A stretch of 64,000 bases of DNA from the human T2T-CHM13v2.0 reference genome, Homo sapiens. The notes below the pieces were generated by a model. That model saw only the letters and a program-made list of their open reading frames with translations. It was not told the origin of the DNA and made no database searches. The stretch lies in the NCBI RefSeq assembly GCF_009914755.1, contig NC_060944.1; one strand, 5' to 3'. This document shows, in pieces, positions 49,165 to 61,245 of the stretch. A program made the translations under genes and the position numbers. The first letter of the stretch is position 1. Each line of letters opens with the position of its first letter.

Positions 49165-49667
49165 ATCTAGAACAATGAATTGACTTGCTCAATCTTCGTT
49201 TAACCTTCCTTCTAAGTTTGAGAGGTTTGAAAGCCAAACACTGTATTTTTCAGATTTCTTTGCCGTTAGAGTTCTGGAAGCAACTTAAGCTTTGTGATTA
49301 GATTGACTCACATGATGTTTGGATCATAGGAATGAGGTGAAAGCATCTTCCTGCATACGTGTTGGCTGAATCTGTTGGGAAACAAGGAGATTCTGAAGCA
49401 TCTTGCCAAAAGACTACTGAGTTTTCTGGCCCCATAGACACCAGTGGCTTCTCGAATTTGGGAGAACTCCAGGGGTGGTCTCTGGGCCGGTAGTTTCCCT
49501 GGTGGGTCGCTTCTGCAATGTTCCAACAGCTGATGATTCCTGAAGCCCAGCCCAGAATGTGCTCCTTTAGGTTCAGCAGTGACTTTGTAAATGTCTGTAT
49601 TAAATCCTTCCCTGCTTAAAATAAGCAGGGTGGGTTCTGTTCTTACCCCAAACTGTAATGGATACAA
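49165..49667 (+). mobile_element. LTR33-like ERVL LTR
   Basis: aaagccaaacactgtatttttcagatttctttgcc...ttaaatccttccctgcttaaaataagcag...ggataca. Confidence 0.55.
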
Positions 49668-50171
49668 CAATAATCAAGGGTTTGGAGAGTTCATCGTTGA
49701 GGTGTCTTGACTGGGTTTTAAATTTGTCAGTGAAACTGACAAATTTTCTTGAAGAAGTGGTAAAAGCTATTAATTTTATTAAATATTGGTCCATAAATAT
49801 GTATCTTTTAAATTATCTGCATGATGAAATGGGAAGTGTGCAGAGAGCACTTCTGCTGTACACCAAAGTACAACATTCATTCAGAGGAAAAACTCTTGTC
49901 TGGTTGTTAGGGTTGTGAGGGTTGTAATCACTTTTTTTTTGGTGGAATGCTATTTTTACTTGAAATAACTGACAGATAAAGTAAGGTTATTCAGATTTGG
50001 GTGTTGGGTGTTTTCTAAAAAATAATCAGAATGAATGTGTCATTTCGAGGAAAACCAGTTGGTACTTGGTGAAAAAATACGAACTTTCAAGCAAAAACTA
50101 GAATTGTAGGAAATGTGTATTCACCACAGTGAGCTTGACATTTTCTTCACTTAAAGACTTTTCTGATATGA

Positions 50172-50536
<365 letters not shown>

Positions 50537-53084
50537 ACTAAACACATTTTTGATTGCACAATGTAATGTAGTACGTTAACACTTGGGAGGTCTACATAAC
50601 TCAGTAGCCCATATTTTCCTGAGAAGTAAGGTTACAAAATCATGCACTGGTAAATATCTATGCAAAGTGGAAGAGAAACCAATAGATTTTAATGTAACTG
50701 TGAAGAAAAAGTTCACTGACACATTTGCAGATTTCACAGTGCAGCTCAACTTCAAGAAACTATCACTCGTCAAGTTTTGTTGTAGTATCCAGAAAGAATA
50801 TCTACAATTATTTGAAAAGGCTATATATTTGTGGAGGTTGAAATTTTCTTCATGTAATCAACAGAAACAACATATTTAGATTTAATGTAGAAGCATATAT
50901 GAGAACCCAGATGTCTTTTATTAAGCCCTATGCTATAGATATGCAGGATTTTAAGACAATGCATCTTATTGTTTGGAAAGCAACGCTACTTTTAATAATA
51001 TATGTTATTCACCCTAATATGTAACAGGTTTATTGTTATTTTAATACATAAGAAAATACTAAAATTTTCTGCTTCAATTTGTAATTCTATAAATATCGAT
51101 AGATATGGCCCATTTGCACAGAAATTCTTTACGGCCCTCGATAATTTTTAACAGTATACAGGGATCTTATGAACAAAAAGCTTGATAACTGCTGTTTTAG
51201 AGAACAAGCAAGTCAATACCACCTTCCGCCAGGAGATGCCGCCACTAACACATGTTGCACACTGACGGCTTAAATTTGAGGCTTCAGGGTCTGCAATACA
51301 CACAGGTGACTTACATCAGTTTAATTTTTCACTTAAGCTAATGGTGAGAAGAAGACAATAGAGAGAGGAAGACCATCTCTAAGTCTTAATACAATTCAAA
51401 ATGAACTTCTGATCAGACCTAGGCAGGGAAACAAGAAAAACAAAAGAAAGGATGATCTCAAAACTGCAGAGGGGAAACAATCACTGTTTATTGGCACCGC
51501 CTGCAGCAGCGAGCGCTGCCCTCTCCGCATCGGACCTCCAGGCTGGAGAGCACCCCTGGATTTCCAGCTATAAATGAGGTCAAGCTTTTTCCGGAAGGAA
51601 ACTTTTCCACTGCTCTCGTTGCTCTTTACATAAAGAGCAAAATTCCTAGCCACGAACTTCAAGTTACTGTGAGACTTGGCCCTGACCCCAGTCGTACACC
51701 CTCCAATGCCCACAGACTGAATCTATTTCACCAAATTTACAGAAGTGGTTCTCTGAGCAATACTTCACAGCCATGGAGCTGTCTTAAACATGATGTCATT
51801 TCCCTAGTATCATGAAATATTATATAATATTATTTATGTAGCTTGTTCTCTGGGAAATCTGTTCTGAGAAATTGCGTCATCTCCAAAACGTAGTGCCCAA
51901 CCACCTGGAATATAATTATGATTATTAGCGGCTAAATATTGTGAAGTCTCTGTTCCTAATTGTCCAGAACCATTAGCAATGCCTTAGAATGTGTATATTT
52001 CCCTCCCATATTGATGTCCCCGCACTTGAAAATAATCAATCCCTTCTAATTTACAGTTGCTGTGAAATATGAAATGTAATGATATCACTACCAACTGATA
52101 TCAGTTCTGGAGCACAGTCATATTCTTTTCTGATTTTTCTTTCTTTGTTTCCTGTTCTTCATGTGAATCCTTTTTGCTGTGCTGATTTGGGCTCACTAAT
52201 TTTTCCTCTGGATTTTCATTTCTCTGCCTTCTTCAAGGGAATCCCTGTGCCTTCTGCTGATTTCATATCTCCAGCCTTACTCTGGCTAACTCACACTCAC
52301 TCCCCTCCTACCCACTGCCAGCCGAGAAAGGGTGGTGGCTCTTTCTTCATCTGCAGAAGAGGAATCTCATGTGTGTATGGGAGAGGAAAGTTCAATGCCC
52401 TGGTATGGGTCATTCATCAAATTGTCTTCTATCCTGCCTTCCAGAGATCTAGGTAAACTAGCTTGGCCATCAATGCCATGGCTCATCAATGTCCAAGACC
52501 CAATCTAAAAGATTGGCTAAGAATTTTGGGAGGCTTATGTTCACAGGGCCTTCTCAGTCTCCAGGCTTCTTATACTTCCAGTCTCTGCTTTGCCCTAGGA
52601 TGCGTGAAACAACACCCCCTTTGAATTTTGCCTGAAGTCCACTGGCTGAAAGCATTGATGAGCATTGTGCACTTTGTGGGGTCATTTCAGGGGAGTTCAG
52701 AAGACAGCAATAGAATCAATTTTGCAATGGAATGGCAAGCAATACTATTTTCCTTTGTCGTCCCTCCCCTCACCTAGTCCCAGCCGCCTTTTGCTTTGCT
52801 GGCTGTTTTTATCCATCCTCCCTTGGCTCTCATCTCTTCTCTCATCTCTCCTCATCTTCCTGGATCGGTAAGTCCTCCCTTCTGCAGCTTGGCACCAGCA
52901 GGCAGAAGGCTGCAGAAGGGAGGGCAAAAGACTTACTGATCCAGCCTTCAGCAGGCATTTTCTTTTGGAAATTGATATGCTAATTCTAATATTATATGGC
53001 GATGCCAAAGACCTGGAACAGCCAGAACACTGAAAAAAGAACAACAAATTTGGAGGGCCAACACTCTCTGATTCCAAGAATTAT

Positions 53085-53232
53085 TATAAATCTGGGTGAT
53101 CTTTAGAAAACTCTGATGCCCAAGCCACACTGCAGAACCATTAAATTTCCATCTGTAAGTGTGGGGCCCAGCAGCAGGAGTTTTTAAAGCTCCCCGGATT
53201 ATTCCTCTGTGCAGCCCAAATTTAAAGCTGCC
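53085..53232. mobile_element. MER5-type MITE
   Basis: ctgatgcccaagccacac...gtggggccccagcagcaggagtttttaaagctcccc. Confidence 0.65.
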
Positions 53233-53252
53233 CCAAGCCGGCGTATTTCATT

Positions 53253-53271
53253 AGTCCTCTAGAGGGCGCCC
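53253..53271 (+). promoter_or_regulatory. Candidate CTCF site
   Basis: CCTCTAGAGGGCGC (53256-53269) is near consensus and sits in a small CpG cluster. Confidence 0.7.
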
Positions 53272-53395
53272 CAAGCTCGCAACTGACCGAGGAATGGCGC
53301 TTGCAACTAAATAGATGGTCACCAGACCTTCTGAAGCTGACTTTATCAGACAATCAGATAATGTGGGGAAAGAAGGAAGAATAAAGAATAGAAAC

Positions 53396-53700
53396 AGCCG
53401 AGCGCGGTGGCTTATGCCTGTAGTCCAGCAGTTTGGGAGACTGAGGTGAGAGGATCGCTCGAGGTCAGGAATTCAAGACCAGTTTGGGCAACATAGCAAG
53501 ACCCTGTTTCTACAAAAAAAAAAAAATTATCTGTGCATGGTGGCATGAGCCTGTAGTCTTAACTGCTAGGAAGGCTGAGGTGGGAGGATTGCTTGAGCCC
53601 AGGAGGTCGAGGCTGCAGTTAGCTATGATTCTGCCACTGCATTCCAGCCTGGGCCACAGAGTGAGACTCTGTCTCTAAATATATATATATATAAAATATT
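53396..53700 (+). mobile_element. AluJ with a (TA)-rich tail
   Basis: AluJ diagnostics (ggattgcttgagcccaggaggtcgaggctgcag). Confidence 0.92.
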
Positions 53701-54079
53701 TGTATAAAATATATTACTATTATTTTAATATTTTATTTAATATTATTTACTATTTATATGTATTATATATATGTATGACTGATGAACACTACCACTGGCA
53801 GTATTATTTTTTTAGTTACATTAAGTATTTGTCATGTAGGGGAATTGAAAACAGTTTAACCGCTTTTGATTCTGTATCAATGGCATCCTTGTATGAAAAG
53901 AAACACTAATTCTAAATTAATCTTTGTGGCTAATGGGACTTTAGATTTAGCCTGGCCGTTGGAACCTCATCAGTCTTGGCTCTGGTTTAATCTTCTAAGC
54001 AAGCACTTCCACGGTCCTACATGTCCCTTTTGTTTCAGCCGTGCTGGTCTAATCACCTTTTTCCAAACTTGAGGTCCTA

Positions 54080-54460
54080 CTGCCCCCCTAGGTTAAGTGG
54101 CACCTCCCTAGGCTGACTTCGACATTCCCCAGCCCTGTCACAGCTCTGGTCTGGATGCTGATTAGGAACTTGTTAACATCTTCCTGGCTCATCGATACCC
54201 CCTGTAATTTTGAATTGTTTTATGCCTTGACCGATCAACTAGAGTGTATACTTTGTGAGTCCCAGGACCTCATCTTTAATAATCATGAGTAGTACTTGCA
54301 TATAGATGGTTGATCCATATTTGCTTGATGAAAATATTTGTTCTGGTTTGATGAGCTTAAAGTGAGTTTGAGAAAAGGGTCCAGTTTTACCATTTTCTCC
54401 CTAGGTCTTAGCATCCTGCCTGGAACAGAGAAAGCACTTAACACACCATTGTTGACTGAG
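54080..54460 (+). mobile_element. L2 fragments
   Basis: ctagagtgtatactttgtgag...cctaggtcttagcatcctgcctggaacagagaaagcactt. Confidence 0.5.
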
Positions 54461-54729
54461 ATGTATGTGTCCATGTTCAGTACCTACTTGCACAGGAATG
54501 TGATTTTCCTTGAGCCTATTCCTTTAGGCTGAATCTTGCTCCCCCTCCCTCTCCTCCTCCTGGCCCTCCCACTTCTCATTTGCTTTTGCGTTCAGCTCTC
54601 TTAAAGGAACTACTCTGAATACATAGTATTTCCTCCCTTTATGCTGTGGATTGCCTTCCCTCCCTGCTTCTCCCCTCTTATCCTCCCCATCTTTCCCTTG
54701 TCTTTCTTATACATGTGTTTTTTGTTTTT

Positions 54730-55020
54730 TAAATTAATACATTAAATAAGATTGAGGTAGTGAGGAGTTAAGTAATATTTTAGATATTTGCAACAACTCT
54801 AATGCATCTGCATATATCTGTGGTTTTATTGGTGACAAAATCATGGGAATGGCCAGTACTGCTGTGGTTTATCAACCTACACTCAAATTGAACAAAATGT
54901 TACATTTCAGTAGAGTTTAGTGAAAATAAAAATGTGCTTCTCCCTCATGAATTCTCTTAATTCTGTTCAGAAACCCATGGTGGCAGGAGAGGTTTGTGAT
55001 TCCGCAGGTTAAGAACCTCT
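54730..55020. mobile_element. hAT-Charlie remnant
   Basis: Ends in the TIR-like caggttaagaacctct. Confidence 0.5.
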
Positions 55021-55225
55021 TTTCTACAAAAATATGACAAACACAAGATTTATATTTAATGGTCAAATGAGTTCCTTTTCTTTCCTTGTTCCCTCCCTCC
55101 CTTCCTTCCTTCCTTCTTTCCTTCCTCCCTTCCTCTTTCTATTAAAACCATTTAAATTTTCAGAAAAGTTTCTAAGTTGCTATCTTTAAGTGCAAATTTC
55201 TATGGGAAACACCAGAGACTGCTCT

Positions 55226-55400
55226 CAGTAGTTCTCAAACTTAAGTGTGCATCAGAATCACCTTCAGAGCTTGTTAAACTTCAGATAACAGTTCTCCACT
55301 CCCAGCGCTTTGATGCAGCAGGAGCCTGAGAATCTGCATGTCTGACACGTTCCGGTAATGCTGATGTTACTGGTGTGGGATGCCTCTTTGAGAACCACTC
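55226..55400. mobile_element. MER5A
   Basis: cagtagttctcaaacttaagtgtgcatcagaatcacc...ctttgagaaccact. Confidence 0.85.
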
Positions 55401-55645
55401 CCTTTAAACCTTCAAACTCTCTCACACAGAGCCTGACATTCCGATGTTCTGGTGGTTTGAGTTGCAAGTGACCATCTTGGAAGGAGCATTTGCTGTAGTC
55501 AGGGTGGAGCAAGAAGCACCACTGGTGTGTGATCAGGAGGCGACAGGACTGTGGGAGACAAGCTTGGGGCAGACCCCGTGGGCACTGGAGGCACAGCTGA
55601 TGTGGCAGATGACCAGGGTGTTTTAACCCGCACCCCTGGTCCTGC

Positions 55646-56492
<847 letters not shown>

Positions 56493-56877
56493 CCACCTGA
56501 GTTTGCCAGTGCCTGTGGCAGTCAGTCCTCAGCATGCTGACATTTTTCAGCATGTGGGGATTTTCCCCTGCACCCCCAGAGGGTGAAATGACACCCCTTG
56601 GGGCAGCAGCTGCCAACCCATAGGGTTTGTGGCGATATTCCCCAGCCTTCCAGTTCTGGGTGCAGTCCACACCCTTCCACAGAGCTGGCTTGAGACTCTG
56701 TTGCCCATAGCAGTCATCACTCATTAATCTTGCTTCAGTGGCCATTTCCACCCTCCCTGCCTCATTCTCTCCTCTTTCTCTTCCCTCCTGCTTCCTGGAA
56801 TCACCTTCCAAATAAACCTACTTGTTCCCAAGTGCTTGCCTCAGGAACTGCCTTTCAGGAAACCCAGTCGAAGATGT
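56493..56877 (+). mobile_element. LTR16-type ERVL LTR (5' part probably at ~55600-55645)
   Basis: Ends caccttccaaataaacctacttgttcccaagtgcttgcctcagg...gaaacccagtcgaaga. Confidence 0.7.
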
Positions 56878-56879
56878 GT

Positions 56880-57080
56880 GTTCACATCCTAGCCTGCCAC
56901 TTCCCTTCTGGGTGACCCTGGGCAATGAAATAAATCTCTTGAGCCCCATTTCCTTGCAGTGCCATAGGACAGCACTTCCATCTCCCAGAGTTATTATGGA
57001 GACAGACTGAAATAATATTCAAGAAGAATCCTGGGCTAGTTCCTGGCCCTGCAGTGTAGGTGCTCAGGAGATATTAGTTC
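56880..57080 (+). mobile_element. MIR
   Basis: tcacatcctagcctgccacttcc...gtgaccctgggcaa...ctcttgagcccca. Confidence 0.65.
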
Positions 57081-58433
57081 CCTCCACCCCTGAGGTTGGT
57101 TGCTTTCTGAGAGGAAGAGGGAAGAAGGCAGAGGAAGAAATTAATTTGCTAGATCCATGAAACATGCAGGCAAGGGGTTTGCCTTAGGCACAGTGAGACG
57201 GATGAGTGGGCAGATCAAGTCTTCATCCCCAAGAATGCAGCTCTTACTCTTGGAGAGTTCTACTGACTCTAAGTAAAGATGTTCCTGGTGGCCATGGATG
57301 CTGTGAGCCATCCTGCTTCTGTTCTTGGATTTACCAATCTTCACCTGCAACACCTCCTCCACAGAATCTATCTGATTTCGGCAGTTGGGTTTTGGATCGA
57401 GGGGACTACCTCATTAGCTATATGACAATATTCCTCTTGCCCTTTTCCCTCCATCTCATTTCAGGAAGTGGTTTTGTCTTTTTATTACTTTTAAAAGTTT
57501 ACAGCAGAAACATTAAAGAGATGGTTGGTGTTCATTGATTAGTTTGAATATGGGGCTCAATTTATTTATGGTTTCATTCTGTAAAATAGGAAGAGAAGTA
57601 GAAATGCCTTTGAACTAATTTCAGAATTCTTTGCTCAGCAAACCTTGTCATTCCCAGGCAATAACACAACGTTGCAACAGAATCCAAATGAGAGACACTG
57701 ATGGGGAGGGGAGATCAATATAGGTTTTCTCTCATTTCTCGACTCACTTTGTTGAGTTTCCTGCAGGCTCTGTCTGTGGAAATACATTTCTAAGTACATT
57801 TGCTGCAGGCAGATACATCTAAGGGGCAGAAATAGAGCAAGACGGAGGTAGTAGATATACGAAGAAAAGATGAAATGCAAGAGAAACCAAAGCAAATACA
57901 AATTTAGAGTGACAAATTAATTCTTTTGGTACTTAGAAATGATTTTAAAAGTCAGCTTTTAGAAATTCATATTCAAAAGAAAGCATCCTTTGGAAACAAT
58001 TTTACATGTAATTCGAAGCTGGGAACTGTGGCCTCTGAAGCTGGTCTTCTCCAGCATTCTATCCCACCACTCTCACTCAGCCAAAAGAGCTGGCACAAAG
58101 CCGGGCTGCTCATCTTTCCAGCTCCTGGCAGAGCAGTGGAGGATGACAATGGATCACGGAGATCAGGGCCCATTTAAAACAGACAAATAGAATTTGAGAT
58201 GCAGACCACTAAAAGCTCAAGAGCTGAGGTGAATCAATTCTCCCTTTGATTGGTCATGGCAAGCTGTTTCCTTAACCACAGTAGACTACGGGCTACTTGT
58301 GTCCAGAATCATATTTGACACATTGTTATTTTTTGCATAGTACCACTGGGGCTTTGAAAAAGCTTTTTTCTTTTTTTTTTTTGCAAATAGTTTTAACATT
58401 CAGATTTTATTGCATGACTCTTTGGTCTTGCAT

Positions 58434-58526
58434 TGTGTGTGTGCACACACGTGCATGCATGTGCATGTGTGTAAGTAAGGTGTCATATATCAAATGCATG
58501 CATGTGTGCATGTGTACACACACACA
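58434..58526. repeat. Alternating purine-pyrimidine (TG/CA/TGCA) low-complexity tract
   Basis: tgtgtgtgtgcacacacgtgcatgcatgtgcatgtgtgt ... tgcatgcatgtgtgcatgtgtacacacacaca. Confidence 0.85.
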
Positions 58527-60828
58527 GTATTGGGGTGGAGAGAGAGAGAAATCCTAAACACAGAGCTCAGAAATTTGCATTTAATTCAGCTGGTTAAAGG
58601 AGTCACTGAAAGTTTGTGAACAGCAGACTGATAAAGTCAACATTTCCCTTGAAGAAATTTATACTGGTGAAGTAAGGATCAATTGTCTAAGAACTGGTTA
58701 TGCTGGAGGTTGGTGATTAGTAACAGAAAGAATAGTTTGGAAGTTCTTGAAAATCGGATGGATAAGAGATAAGAAGAAATAACCCAGCAATACCAGCAAT
58801 AATAACAGACATGAAGTAATGTATGTGAGAGACATTTAAGAAGTGGGATGTTCATGATGTGGCAATTCCATGCGGAAGGGAACGAAAGAAGGAGCCACAG
58901 AAATCTCAGAAATGCAATGTATCTGTATTCATCTCTGGGTCAGGACCTCATTAAAAGACAACCCCACCCAGTTATTCCTAATGTTCGATAGAATTTCCAG
59001 AGGAAATTCTGCTGCCTTTTCTGATGGCTGTGTCTTCCAGCCACTGCTTTCCTAATATTCTTCCAACTGTCTAACCTGAGCATTCTCACATCCAATAGAA
59101 CTTCTTCCTTATACGCAATTGGTTTGAGGATTACAAAATTATTTCATAAAGAAGGCAGCCTTTTAATATTGAGTATATTCTGTTTAATAGGGAATTTGGT
59201 TTCACTTGGAAGTTCAGCTGAATCATCTCAGAGAGAGAAGATGGCCTCCTCATCTTTAGGATGAAATAAAAGTACTTTAGAACACACAGAAAACCTGAAC
59301 TCTGGGCCCTCAGGCTCTCCTGGGATGGCAGGACCCAAGAAGAGAAGAGGGTGTCAGTGTGGATGCCTTTGATGGCTGGACATTAATTACTGTGGTTTCT
59401 GGAAGCAGTGGGTCCTCAGCAGTCCAGCCTGTGGTCAGTGGGGAAGACACTTGTGAGGAATGGCCTTGTGGTTTTCCTGAGCCAGACTCCTTTCTTATTT
59501 TCTTGATGTCATATAAATCAGCTCTGGGTTTTTTATGATCTAATAGAGGGGGCGGGGGAGCCTCAGTTAAGGTCTGATATTGGATATCTCATTGTCTTTG
59601 GTGAGCAGAAGCTGGGTGCTCAGCTTAATTTGTTTTAAGGAAAAAAAAACGGAGTGATTCATCTACCAAATATTGTGAACCACAAATACCTGTTTCAGTG
59701 ATTAAGATGTAGGGCTCTGTACTTTTATTCCGCTGGTTATTCAGAGGTGTCTTCTAGAGCTAATTTAATTAGATTTACCTTGCTGTGAAACTCTCGATGT
59801 CAGGGACTTGCTGATGCTGGAGTGGAAATTCACCACTGTTAGTATTGTCAGTGGCCTGGAAAATGTAAGATAGGTTGTGGGTTATTTTTTTGGCCCTTGT
59901 TAAAGGTGTATGTGCCTTCAGGATAAGTTCTTTATGAGGCTCACCCGTGATCATTTTGAGCTAGTTATACCATCCAGAAGATTAAAATTGGGCATCCTTC
60001 ACAGCTGGTGTAGGTCCCGTATTGGGGAAGTTCAAAGTAAGCCAGATAGGACTAGAAACCACTGGAGATGGGGATCAACCCAAGCATGAATCTGAAGCAT
60101 GTTTCTAGCTATTGCCTAAGTGCAGGTAAGTGAACCACATGTTATCTAATGAAATCTGAATGGCTAAGTCCTAGGACACAACATTCAAAACACTCTAGCC
60201 CACCTTCACGCAAGGAAATGTGGCCAGGGCCCACAGGATGAACGTGACTCTAGCCCACCTTCAGGCTGTGGGCACTGGCCATATTTCCTTTATTTTGTAT
60301 CAGGAATATCTTCCACTTGCTGTCTCCAAGAACATCAGAGGTTGCAAGAATCAAATTTCAGTTTGCCCTATGCCTACTGAAAATTACTTTCTTCTGATAA
60401 TTTCCCTTTTGTATGTCTTCTGTATCTTTAAACTAGCATCCAATATCTGTAAGTGAAGAAGTGTGTTTTACACTTTTTCATCATCTGTGTAATGTCTGAC
60501 ATGCTTAGGACATTCCTGTTGAATTGATTGAAACACAAAGAGAGTTTGTAAATGTTTGAGAGGCTGTCTTTGCCATCATAAACCCATGGCTTTCAGTGTA
60601 TAAAGGACTATAATTTCAAGAGCTAATTTAAGCTTTGTCATGCTCTATGAGGTTAGTATTATCATCTCTGCAAAATAAGAAAGCCACTTTTGGGCAGAAA
60701 TCTATAAACAGGAAACTTTTTTTACTGAAAGAAAAGAAGAGTTTGATAATCCCTGTACCTCTCAACTGCCACGTAGTAAGAGGTAGCTTTGTCCCATAGA
60801 AATGCTGTGATAATTCTTAAAAAGAAAA

Positions 60829-60830
<2 letters not shown>

Positions 60831-60870
<40 letters not shown>
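60831..60870 (+). repeat. (GT)20 microsatellite
   Basis: Perfect dinucleotide run. Confidence 0.97.
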
Positions 60871-60871
<1 letters not shown>

Positions 60872-60885
60872 TGTATCTATATGGG

Positions 60886-61245
60886 TGAAATGGTTTGGCT
60901 GTGACCCCATCCAAATCTCATTTTGAATTGTAGCTCCCATAATTCCATTGTATTGTGAGAGGGACCCAAATGGAGATAATTGAATCATGGGGGCAGCTTC
61001 CCCCATACTGTCTCATGGTGCTAGGTCCCATGAGATCTGATGGTTTTCTAAGAGGTTTCCCCTTTCACTTGGTTTTCATTCTCTCTCTTGCCTGCTGCCA
61101 TGTAAGACATGGCTTTCACCTTCTGCCATGCTCGTGAGGCCTCCCCAGTCATGTAGAGCTGTAAGTCCATTAAACCTTTTTTTCTTTATAAATTACCCAG
61201 TCTTGGGTATGTCCTTTATCAGCAGCATGAGAACAGACTAATACA
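60886..61245 (+). mobile_element. THE1 (B/C-like) MaLR solo LTR
   Basis: tgaaatggtttggctgtg...acagactaataca, 360 bp, perfect TSD ATGGG. Confidence 0.93.

Noticed and set aside
60192-60263. Repeat-spacer-repeat resembling a CRISPR unit
   Set aside because: This is primate DNA with only two 17-bp copies and no cas genes, and the spacer is an inverted copy of adjacent sequence.
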